Assembly: GCA_951406725.2 (NCBI GenBank)
Contig: OX597817.1
Coordinates: forward strand, 150,784,001 to 150,848,000
Direction of reading: 5' to 3'
Source: Octopus vulgaris
Taxonomy: Eukaryota
Length of the DNA: 64,000 bases
Shown one piece after another: positions 39,156 to 50,759 of this stretch (its first letter is position 1; every line of letters starts with the position of its first letter). The position numbers and the translations under genes were made by a program. The notes under the pieces are model-generated. The model was not told the origin of the DNA, did not search any database, and worked only from the letters and a program-made list of their open reading frames with translations.

Positions 39156-39550
39156 GGCGCAGGAGTGGCTGTGTGGTAAGTAGCTTGCTAACCAACCACA
39201 TGGTTCCGGGTTCAGTCCCACTGCGTGGCATCTTGGGCAAGTGTCTTCTGCTATAGCCTCGGGCTGACCAATGCCTTGTGAGTGGTTTTGGTAGACGGAA
39301 ACTGAAAGAAGCCTGTCGTATATATGTATATATATATGTGTGTGTATGTGTATGTGTGTTTGTCCCCCTAGCATTGCTTGACAACCGATGCTGGTGTGTT
39401 TACGTCCCCGTCACTTAGCGGTTCGGCAAAAGAGACCGATAGAATAAGTACTGGGCTTACAAAGAATAAGTCCCGGGGTCGATTTGCTCGACTAAAGGCA
39501 GTGCTCCAGCATGGCCGCAGTCAAATGACTGAAACAAGTAAAAGAGAGTA
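39156..39550 (+). mobile_element. SINE family A, best-preserved copy
   Basis: ggcgcaggagtggctgtgtggtaagtagcttgc...ggttcagtcccactgcg...gactgaaacaagtaaaagagag with CpGs largely intact. Confidence 0.9.
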
Positions 39551-39700
39551 AAAAAAAAGAGAGTATATAATAAAAGAACACATACATATGTATTCATTCA
39601 CATATATTCATACACATACACAAATAAAGAAAGAAAAAAGAATTAAGTAGATCAAGAAGAAAGAAAGGGAATTTTTTGGTGTGGTCATTTTGATATGAAA

Positions 39701-40203
39701 TCTATATATATAAAACTGTAGTTGTGTGAGTGTCTGTCCCCTTCGATTTAGATTCCTAACTACTCCCACATTTTGCGGTGCAGTTTAGCCAAATTCGGGT
39801 ATCTTATAGTCGTGATTCATATCGAGCCCGTCTGGGTATTAGCGCGCGTCTACGATGAGTCTACGATTTTAAAAATAATTTTTTATTCCATTTTAATGCA
39901 TAATTTTTCGTGTGTCGATGGCGGAGGAGTTGGCGTCCATGGTCACACCTGCACCTGTTTGCTTCTCCCCCTTCTTCCCTCCCTCGTGAAGCTGTGGGGA
40001 AGGGAGTGTAAGGAAATCAACGTCGTAAACCGTTGTCAAGGAGACCAGCGTTCTTTTAGAACAACGACTTCATGGCTTGAAGACACCAAAACAGAAATGG
40101 CTAAGAAAGCCCGAATTGGCATCTATAAGGGAAGTAACTCTCTAAAAATGCTAATATAGTCATTTCCCTTACAAACCCGAGCAACGCCGGGCGATACTGC
40201 TAG
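39701..40203 (+). mobile_element. Non-autonomous Helitron
   Basis: a|TCtatatatataaaactg ... cccgagcaacgccggg hairpin ... gatactgCTAG|t; A/T target and no TSD. Confidence 0.85.
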
Positions 40204-40326
40204 TGGGTCTATAAAATGTTTACGAAGTTTTATAGACCCATTTCAATGTTTATACAATGGATTCCTTCTACAAGACCAGTCAAGTGTCCAAATGTTTGTA
40301 TCAAAAAATAGTACTGCAAAAGCATT

Positions 40327-40454
40327 CTGGGATATTATCTTAGAAGGGGAAAGTTCTAAGTGTCATATTTTTCTAAGTCTGGTGTAAAGAATATTACACC
40401 AGACTTAGAAAAATATGACACTTAGAACTTTCCTCTTCCAAGATAATATCCCAG
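40327..40454. repeat. Inverted repeat with 61-bp arms, 6-nt loop and 2 mismatches
   Basis: 40327-40387 versus 40394-40454; loop agaata. Confidence 0.92.
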
Positions 40455-43400
40455 GTCTTCGTGTGATATATTTTCATCAATGCTTAGATATTTTTTTTGT
40501 TTTATTCTTTGAATAGAAAAGTAATGTTAGAGAGACCATTGTCGTACAGGTTGGGCATTTGGGGGTGGGTGGATGATTTTTCACATTCAACAATTGAATA
40601 CAAATACTTAATTTGACCGAAATTTCTTAACTAGCTGTTTTTGACATTCTAAATATTTTTTAGTATAAACCTTCAGGTTATCCACAAAGAAATTATGAGT
40701 TACAAGTGTGTGTGCGTGTGTGTGCATGCACGTGTGTTTGTCCTTCCTACAAATTTCGGAAGAGAATAAGTATGGGAGTAAATTTGATTAATTGAAAGCC
40801 TTCAGGGTGGTGCTCCAGCATGGTATGGCCACAGTCAAACCACTGAAACAAGTAAAATAAAATAAAAAAGCAAACGAACTAAAAGAACAGAACAGATGCG
40901 ATACCATATCTTGTTTCAGTTATTGGACAGCAACCACGCCGAGACAAAGCAATTTCAAGCCCGCGAACAGAAGAATCTCACTAATTTTTCTCAGGCATTG
41001 TTTACTGTATCTATGACTACAATATCTAAAGGGAGTTTCGAAAAAGCTGCCCTTTGAAGTATCATACCTCATTCGAAGAAAAAAAAAAGGAGTACGGAAA
41101 CCAGGGATCAAAAATGCGAAAATAATCGAAATATTAGGAAAAAATTACATTTTGAAAATTTATGATTTTTTTTCAATCCTCACTCTCACCACCCAACTCT
41201 GGACTGATTTTGGCCAATTTTTTTGGCACTACGCAGTTAAAACCCATGGGTGAAACCTTTTCGGTTAAAAACAACAAAAAATCTGTGAATATTTCCAGAG
41301 GAAAAAGTGTGTGATTTAAGGGAGATTTGGCTGTTGTTTCTAACACATCCTAAGACCACCACATAACTTCCAGAAAAATGAATACTTTTTAACGAAATTT
41401 TCAACAAAATCCGAAGGTACATATCGATTGCTTAACGACCGGGTCACCCACTACAATAACTATTGTTTATTATTTATCTATTTATTCATCGGCAATAGGA
41501 AATGAGTCATAGCTTAAAGCTTTAATCAATGAGTTACATATAATAGATGAGTGGTTCATAAGCTATGAGGGGCTCAAGTTCGTCACGCTGACTGTAGTCT
41601 CTTCAGCGGTGCATTAACGAACCCAAAATGTAAAGGATATTTTCTAGTGTACGACTTTCTAGGTTATACGGTAATTGTCCTTTTCCATGCCCCAATAATT
41701 ATTCTTATAATTAAAGACTCATTCAATTCGTGCCCATCATCCGATACTATTTTTACATAACCTACGTAAGTGACAGATATTTAATGAAAAGTAGACTGCT
41801 TCGTATGTGCTGAAAGAGTATGTTACGAAATCTGAGTGTGACACTACTGAAATTGAACACACACACATACAGAGTCTGTGTAGATTACTAGAAAATTTAG
41901 GAACAAATCCAGCAATTTTAAGGAGCAGGGGATTATTTTGTACCACCATTCCTACTTCATTGGAAGGTACATTATTTTATCGACTCCAGAAAAATGAAAA
42001 GCAAAGTCGACCTCGGCTTGATTTGAACTCAGATTGTGAAGACCCTGTAGAAATAGCACAACACATTTATCCTTGCATTCTAATGATTCTGCCAACTCGC
42101 GAGACCTTCCCTATCGGCGATCTTTAATTCGCACTTTTATTTACATAAGAAGCAAAGATCGCCGACATATCTTTTTGACCTTATCCTTAATGTTATTATT
42201 TTAAGGGCCGGCTAAGCTGTATACCAGGCTATTTAATTCACTGACTCCGGATTGACGCAAAATAAATTCGATTTCATCGAAATATAACAAATTAAACACT
42301 GAAACTTTTATTCAACTTCAATTATTTAGTAAAGCGGTGAATAAGAACTTCGGTCAATTTCTCCAGCCCTTTTACAGCCAAAAGAAAAGGATCTTTTCTT
42401 AAGACTCTCTCGTATTTGGCGACGCGAGTTGTTGTTTAGCCCTAGGCCTGCCCCAAACTAGTAGACTTATAAACATTTCACAGATGACCAGCCTATCTGT
42501 GACCATCCTATTTGCTTTTTTTCTTCAGGCCTAGTGTATATAACTCAATGTTTTTCTCTTTTTTTAAATCAGCAGGGTCTGACACAGAAGGAAATTGGCC
42601 GATATTTTTAGCAGTCAGACAACCATATAGAGGTTTCCTCGAAATGAAATGACAGGCATTACGAATTAATATTTTAGAGTAGTCCCACAAATCTCAGAAC
42701 AAACATAATTTCCCGAGCTAAACCCAATAACTTTGCCGCTAAATATAACTTTGATACCAATGCTTTAAATCAAAGCAAATCATAAGACGATGCACGAGGT
42801 TGACCTGCATGGCAGGGTTCGAGTCACATTTGTATAGCAGCCGATAGAGAGAGGATGAGGAAGAATAAATGGCTACAAGTAAAATACAGGATAAGCTGAT
42901 AGACAATTGTTAATTCCCATCCTCATAAATAAACCTGGAGGTACGTTAGGATAAATATCTCAGAAGCAGTTATGAACGTAGCGCGAAGGGGGAGGGTAAA
43001 TAAAGTTGGAATTACAATAAAATTGACCAGAGGAGTCAAGCAATTAAAACGGCACCGACTCACTAAAGTGCGATGATGGTGCGATAAGAATTGCTAAGTA
43101 CTACATGCAGTTACGTGGTCTAATTCCACAGTCAAAAGTTGTACCCTTTTCTTTGTTAAACTGGTAAGAAATAACTAAAACAAAAACAAAAAGGTATTTT
43201 TGAAAATGAATAACATCAATTTTAATTAAGGAGTAAGAAAACACATTTTCGCAGGCATTTCTAAAGTGCTGTGATGATATGAACAGTTTATCATTTAATT
43301 AGAAACAATCAACACGGAATATTATATAAATAAAGCAGCTTCCAGCTAATTATCATAATGGTAGAAACCAAAATAGAAATTTAGACGTCTCTGGCAGACA

Positions 43401-43590
43401 GTCACTATATACATATTTCAACCGTTGTCACCTGTTAAGTTTAATCATTCCTAAATACCCACCAAAGAAACATCATCAAATTGTAAATAAACCATGTTGA
43501 ATAATATCTTTAGATTGGTTTATTTCACACAAGAATCCCAATAACAGTGCAACGCAAAAGTATATGAAGAACCGTATATTAAAAGACAAA

Positions 43591-43900
43591 CTCACCGTAA
43601 GGTAAAAGATTTCTTTATTAGCCACGCAGGTAAAGATAACCTTCTAATGTATAAGCAATCCACATTTATTTCCCTCACAAATAAAATCCATTGGTATGGA
43701 GATGTACTTTCACGGCAAGTGTTTTCATGCGAGATAGTGTGTTGAAAGTAAAACCATCACAACGTGCTAGTACATGTTAGCCTTCCAGAAACCGTTAATT
43801 TCACTTAAACATTTGTTGTTAGTAATATGGTACCAAAATTTCCGTCGCGCGAAATTGCGACCTGGTCACTAGCTGTTGCGCTGCATCCAAATTGTGGGCT
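43591..43900 (-). promoter_or_regulatory. Candidate promoter and non-coding first exon, possibly of the GT61 gene
   Basis: Repeat-poor region with retained CpGs; tttcgcgcga (E2F-like) on the minus strand at about 43845-43854; strong minus-strand donor ttacg|gtgagt at 43596/43595. Confidence 0.4.
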
Positions 43901-44689
43901 TATATGGTGATATATATACATATAATTTGTAAGATTCAGTGATCTGTTTTGTTTTTGTTCTATTGGCATAGGTCAGTCGTTCTGGTTGGATGCTCAGCTT
44001 GTCAGTTACCATTGATTTATTATTTTCTTTTTTATATTTAGCTGCCTTTCATGTACTGTTATTTTTTCTCTTTCTTTTTTCGCATCCTGTTTAGAAAAAA
44101 CTACAATGTGAGAAGGAAGATTAAAGGTTTCAAGTTGCGGCTTTATGAGCAGGGCAAGTTTTAATAGTAGTAGTAATAGTAGTAATACTACTAGCAGCAG
44201 TAGTAGCTGTTGTAGTTATCGTGGTGGTGATAGTAGCAGTAGTAGTAGTGATAGTTGCTATTGCAGTAGCGGTGCCCGTGACGGCAGAAGCAATAGTCTA
44301 CACACACACACACACGCACACACATACGCACGCACGCTCAGACGTATCTATGTATGTATATGTGTGTGTGTGAATGTATTGATTGATAATAATAATAACA
44401 ATAATAATAATAATAGTAATAATAATTCTTTCTTTATTAGCCACAAGGGCCGACAAAAATCAGATTGGACATTACAAAACCTGAAGGACAAAGTGGGGTT
44501 ACTTAAAGTGTCGCGTAAAAAGTCGATAACAATGAAAAATATGACGAAAGAATGTCAATAAGAGGCAAGCAACTCAGAGCTACTTATAGGGAGACCCCCC
44601 CCCCCCCACGAAAAATACACAAGTGCTCCGACCACTAGGGCAAGAGCCCGCTCCCCATCTTTCTTTCTCTCTCGTCCTTGGAAGCTCAA

Positions 44690-46030
44690 AAGCGCATGCT
44701 CAAAGTAGGCCCATTGATACGGACCATCTTCGTGACATTCACCCACCTTTTAACAAATTTGCTGGAAGTTAGCACTTCTCTTTCAACCCTCACTTTCATT
44801 TTCTGATGATATCTGAAAAAGTTGATGTGGGGTAGGTCAAAGAAAAAAGTACCTGTCTTCAGCCTTTTCAGTCTCGACCACCACACAACCTCTTTCGCTA
44901 CAGCCACGAGACAGATGTAAATTGCCTCCCCTTGCCGGCCAAAGGAAGGCGGCAGGGCAATTTTCATGATGGAATCAGCTGACAAGCGGACACATCCTAT
45001 ATGTGACAGCAGGTATTCAACATAAAAGGCAGAATCGTTAGCATGCTGGGCGAAATGCTTTATGGTATTTCGTCTGCCGCTACATTCTGAGTTCAAATTC
45101 CGCCGAGGTCGACTTTGCCTTTCATCATTTCAGGGTCGATTAAATAAGTACCAGTTATGCACTGGGGTTGATATAATCGACTTAATCCATTTGTTTGTCC
45201 TCTCTGTGTTTAGCCCCTTGTGGGTAGTAAAGAAATAGGTATTCAACATAAACCCCTATATCAGATATGCTTGGGTATTGGACAAGTGTGTGCAGAACGG
45301 TTTCGTTGCTCGGTACACGTCTTGGGCAGGTCTGACTGACGGCACTTCCATGCCTGTAGAGTTTATCTCAAACAGGCAAAGCCCCACCCCCTGGTAGCAT
45401 TGCCAGGCCAGGGATTTCTGGAAGTCATCCATATGCCCCTTCCCAAAAGTCTTCTGGAACAGACTGGCGAGTTGAAATTCATCGACGTCTAGAGTCTCCC
45501 CGAGAATGTCATCGTTTCCTTTCACCACTAACTCTCTATACAATGCCATATAGAACTTCCGTGAACCGCATTGCTCGACTGGCTGAAGAGCGTGAGCGCC
45601 TGGTGACACTCAAAGTGTCAGACCCCCCAGCCTCAGTCTATGCTTGATCTGAGATTGCAGCTCAGTCAAAGAGATGAGCTGTGGGAAAGCGAGTCTGACA
45701 AACGGCGACCACACCTCCTCACTGTTGTCGAGGAAACGCTGGATGTGCCGCAGCCTCGGCGCAGGTCTGCCCATCAATAGTCACAGCATACTCAGCCCAC
45801 CGTTTATAGAGTGTTGACAGCAAATGGAGCACCTGACCAGCTACAAACTGGGGCAAGGCATGATGGTGAGGTGGTAGTAAATGACCGAGGGGTTGTATGA
45901 GTTCCCCACCTCTGCTGGGCCTTTCAACGATAGCTTTCTCTTGGCCCATTTCTGGGTGAGACTGGCTACCTGGCTCGTCACATCGCTCCACTTCTCCAGT
46001 TGGAGATCCGATCCAAACCAGACCCTGAAC
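44690..46030 (-). pseudogene. Tx1/L1-clade LINE 3' part, interrupted by SINE B at 45027-45236
   Basis: VWFGSDLQLEKWSDV...KRKLSLKG, FQKSLAWQCYQG and VAVAKEVVWWSRLK; same family as 35570-36180; SINE has the 16-bp TSD aggtattcaacataaa. Confidence 0.85.
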
Positions 46031-46055
46031 AATTTTAAGGTCTAGCCACATGAGA

Positions 46056-46182
46056 CCACAATTCCTTCTATAATGTTGACCTGATGTAGAACATGCACCA
46101 CGGTCCAGAATCTATAATGGTGACCTTACGTAGAACATGCACCACAATTCCATCTATAATGGTGACCTGACTTAGAACATGC
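46056..46182. repeat. Minisatellite, about 3 copies of 42-43 bp
   Basis: Unit tctataatggtgacct..c.tagaacatgcaccac. Confidence 0.9.
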
Positions 46183-46239
46183 ATTCGTTTCCATAGTTCA
46201 TTGCCAGCTTCTATTTTATTTCAATGACCAACTGTTCTT

Positions 46240-47050
46240 TGTAATATACAGTTTTAAATAGATAGCTGGAGAGTGTCTGACAAAGTTCTTGCTGAGGGAT
46301 GCTAAGACATCTTCAGCCTTCTTGACAATCTTGGAGATGTGGTTTGTCCAATGCAGATTGCCGTTTGCAATAATTTCCAGATCATGTTCACTAACAGACT
46401 TTTTAAGATTGGTGTTGTTGAAGGAGTATGTAAAAACTGGGTTTTTCCTCCCAAAGTGCTACCTTGAGTTGCCAGTCAGTAATCCATTTCTACATTATGT
46501 TCAGTTCTGATTGCAGGAAAGATCTATAATGCATAGGATCTTTTTTTTTTATTCCAAGGTACAGCTTAACACTAATATAATCAACAAACAATAGGGGTCC
46601 AAGAATGGATTCCTGTGGTACACCAGCTGTCCTCTCATGGAGTGCAGAATGATGTCCTAGAACTGTAACTACCTCTTTTCAATTGAGAATGAAGGACTTC
46701 AGCCAGTTACAGAGATTATCCTTCACCTCCATTGCAGAGAATTTTGTAATGAGTTGTTTGTGTGGCACAGAATTGAAGGCTTTAGTAAAGTCAAGATAGA
46801 TGACACCCACTATCAGTAATTTGGGTGATATCCTCAAGAAACTTGATAAGTTGGCTACAGCAGCTGGAGTTAGGGATAAATCCAAATTGTGAGAGGCCAA
46901 TAAGGCTGTGAGAGCTCCAGAAGTTCACAGGACTCCATCAGTTTGGGGATGCAGCTAGTAAAACTGATTGGATGGTAGCTGGGAGGTGATGTGCGATTAC
47001 CCTTCTTGAACAGGGGAATGACACTGGTAATTTTGCACCACTCTTGAGTG
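46240..47050 (-). pseudogene. CR1/Jockey-group LINE RT remnant
   Basis: VIPLFKKGNRTSPPSYHPISFTSCIPKLME; VIYLDFTKAFNSVPHKQLITK; GVPQESILGPLLFV. Confidence 0.8.
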
Positions 47051-47109
47051 ACACAGTTATTGTGGCAGAATTGAAAGTATTGTTTCCAGAATAAGAAAGG
47101 GTGGAGGAA

Positions 47110-48215
47110 GTTCAGAGAGGTATTACCTCTGTTGCCAACAAAAGGACTCTCTCTCAGACTGTATGATGCTTATGTGTGAACAGCTATACTCCATGGTAGT
47201 GAGACAAGGGCTTTGAATGCAGAAGACATGCATAGACTGGAGAGAAATGAAGGTAGTATGCTCCGTTCATCATCATCATCATCATCATCATTTAGCGTCC
47301 GTTTTCCATGCTAGCATGGGTTGGACGGTTCTGCTGGGGTCTGTGAAGCCAGAAGGCTTCATCAGGCCCAGTCAAATCTGGCAGTGTTTCTACGGCTGGA
47401 TGCCCTTCCTAACGCCAACCACTCCGTGAGTGTAGTGGGTGCTTTTTACGTGCCACCCGCACTGGTGCCAGACAGAGCTGGCAAACGGCCACGAACGGAT
47501 GGTGCTTTTTATGTGCCACCGGCACGAGGGCCAGGCGAGGCTGGCAACGGACACGAAACGGGGCGGTGCTGGCAACGGTCGCGAAACGGAAAGTTCTCTT
47601 ACATGCCACCGGCACTGGTAACACATCTGCAATTTCCATTGATCGATTTCCATTGATCGATTTCGATTCTGATCCTCACTTGCCTCAATGGGTCTTCACA
47701 AGCAGAGTTTCGACATGCCACCGGCACTGGTAGCACATCCGCAATTTCCATTGATCGATTTCGATTCTGATCCTCACTTGCCTCAACACGTCTTCACAAG
47801 TAGAGTTTTGTGTCCCAAGAAGGGAAGGTATGCATACGTAGGCTGGCTCCATCCCATGTAGAAGGCCACGGGTTGTGGACTCACTTGGATGTTAATTATC
47901 AGTTGGATGTTAATTATCAGTGTGCATATACAACAAAATGCAAATGTATTAAGAGAAAAGTTCATCAAAAAAGAGGAATCAAATGCAGCATGCAAGAAAG
48001 AAGACTATGTTGGTTTGGACATGTGATGTGTATGAATGAGGACAGCTGCATAAAGAAGTACTGATCACTGAAAGTGGATGGTACCCATGGAAGAGGGAGA
48101 CCCAGGAAGACATGGGATGAAGTGGTAAGGACTAATCTAAGAATGTTGGGCCTCACAGAGGAAATGACAATGGACCGAGATGTCTGGTGATATGAATTTC
48201 TTGAAAAGACCCGCC
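47110..48215 (+). mobile_element. Older RTE ORF remnant split by a younger antisense RTE 3' UTR (about 47268-47885)
   Basis: FREVLPLLPTKGLSL...LLHGSETRALNAEDMHRLERNEGSML continues after the insert with RGIKCSMQERRLCWFGHV...GRGRPRKTW. Confidence 0.85.
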
Positions 48216-49469
48216 CACATCAGTGAAATTGAGTTCGAGAAGTGCTGTATTTTCCACCCATACTTAAGAAGAAAACTTCTCATACACCATACCACAACAA
48301 ACCAAATTACATCTCTACATTTATACTTCTTCTTTTCCTTGCTTTTCCACTTCATGCACTATGCTTATTCCCACTCCCCAATCCTGTCCTCTTGGCCCTG
48401 TCTCACCATATCATTGCAATCTGCTAGCCTGTGTGTTCCACTCACATGTAACAAGAAAACTTTTCACACACCCTACCCTAACAAACCAATCTACATCTCT
48501 GCATCTCTTCTCTTCGTCACATTTCCTCCTTCATACACTATACTTACCTCTCACTTCCAAATCCTGTCCTCACGGCCCTGTTTCTCTGTATCATTGCTAT
48601 CAGTTAGCCCAACCTCTATATACATCCAGGTTTTCACCACTCACCCCCCTCTCTAATCATGCTTCTTTCCAATATCCTGCCACGTATATTATGATGTTCG
48701 AATCTCAAAGGTATGCCCTGGCATTTAACAATCTATATCTCTCTTACCCTTTACTCAACCATCCCATTTATATTTTGATCTCTGTCCTTTGTGAGTATGC
48801 CTGGCACTTTGCCATTATCTCTACATCAGCTCCTTTGCTTTCCAAGGAGTCTTCTACTCTGTTTATTAAATCAACAGAGACCATGGGTCACTGGACTAAA
48901 CATTTTTCTGAACTCCTAAACCATAAGTTAGTCGCCAATGGAGCCGCAAGTGTAAAGTACAAGGTGGTCTTGAGTGCACAATGTTCCTAAAAGTCAGTAA
49001 TGGTTTTTCCTTGGTCGCGAGTGGGTGGCCATTATGTATGTATATGTGTGTGTGTGTCTTTATCTGTGTCTGTGTGTGTATGTACCTCACACACACATAA
49101 ACACTAACTGAAAATTACTTAAGGAACTAAATAAACAAATAATTAAATAACAAAAATAACAAGAGCTGCTTTTAATTTGTAACTTAATTCTCTTTCTCAT
49201 GTGCTACACCTCAGCACATCTGCAAATAAACTTTACTTTATTTGCATACAAGTTCCATACCAGTGATTCATTTAATTTTGGGATGGTCTCAGTGCTTGGT
49301 ATTGATGGTAAAATATTGGCATCTACCATTCTTGATCACTCTGAGGCATGTTGTCTTGCCTGGTCTAGGACATTCAGTATTCTTTAACAATTGGTGTTGC
49401 ATAGCAAGTTTTACCCGGACACTATCCAACAGCAAATAGGTGTTTAAGCAAAATGTACACTATGAATGA

Positions 49470-49790
49470 AGAGGTGCTAAAAAGTTCCTGGCTTTAAGGG
49501 TATTACAAAAGTTCTAATTGATGCCCAACCCTCTGAGTTCTTTTACAGGGCGTAGACAAAATGAGGGACTGCTGCATTAAGTGTGTGAATCTAAAAGAAT
49601 TCATCAAGGTATCTTTTCACGTCATCCAAGGAATTGAAATTTTTACCATTAAGACTATTCTGCAGAGACCTGAATAAGTGGAAATCCGAAGAGGCAATAT
49701 CTGGTGAATATGGAGGGTGGGGTAAGACATCCAAGCTGAGCTGCAGCAATTTTTGCCTGGTTCCCAAAGCATCAAGTGCCGAAAATGAAC
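49470..49790 (-). pseudogene. Mariner transposase C-terminal remnant and TIR
   Basis: WDVLPHPPYSPDIASSDFHLFRSLQNSLNGKNFNSLDD-type sequence on the minus strand. Confidence 0.8.
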
Positions 49791-50759
49791 TTTCTTATCT
49801 TCCATTTTAAAGGGTTACAGAATTAACACAGGTTATAGGAACATAAACCTTCTTCCATGAAAAGATAGCTTAAACTGTGCTCTAAATGGAGGTGTAGTCA
49901 AATCCTATTTTATGGACTCAACCATGTTCTAAAATAAGTCGAAATATAAGCTACTATAAATTGGCACGGACTTTTTGGACAACCTAATACATATAATTCA
50001 TTTTATTAAAATTTTTTAGGTAGTAGGTGTCATGAAGTATGTTAGCTAATGCATACGTGTGTCTATCTATCTGTCTGTCTGTCTATCTGCCTATTAATGT
50101 ATGTATGCACCTGTGTGTGTGTATGTATATATGTATGTATGTATGTAGGCACGTACATATGTATGTATCTATCTATTTAGCTACTTAGATATCTTTCTCT
50201 ATCTATCTATCTATCTATCCACCTACCTATCTACCTACTTGTCTATCTATAATCTATTCATCTATCTGTATGCTTAACTACATAGTTATTTCAAGTAAGC
50301 TTATTTAATGCCTTGTCACCATGCAATAAATATGTTTGCACTAAATTATCTACTACAGTTGGCTCGCACTTGGCTAATTGTCCAACTCTATAACTGTCTT
50401 TAACTTGTACAGTTACAATACATCACGAGTTCTCTCGAGACATATGGGGAATTAGGTCACATGAAATATGGCAGTTTCACTTTAAATCTTACTATCATGG
50501 CAGATTGCATCAAAGTGCAGCGAAAGAGTCATAACTTTAGCCATTTATTTCTTTACTCTCTTGTTGCTTTCAGTCAATGGGTTGCGGCCATGTTGTGATA
50601 TCACCTTGAGGGTTTTAGCAGATCACATCTAGCCTGGCATTTATTACAATCTGGTATTCATTTTATCCAATTTTGTTTCGTGAATCATTAAGGTAGAGGT
50701 TCACATTAAGAGGTATACCTTAAAACACTTACAGATTATATTTGATTATATATACATAC

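Noticed and set aside
48180-48990. 158-aa and 209-aa ORFs
   Set aside because: Pyrimidine-biased low-complexity sequence next to LINE debris, with no recognisable domain or splice structure.
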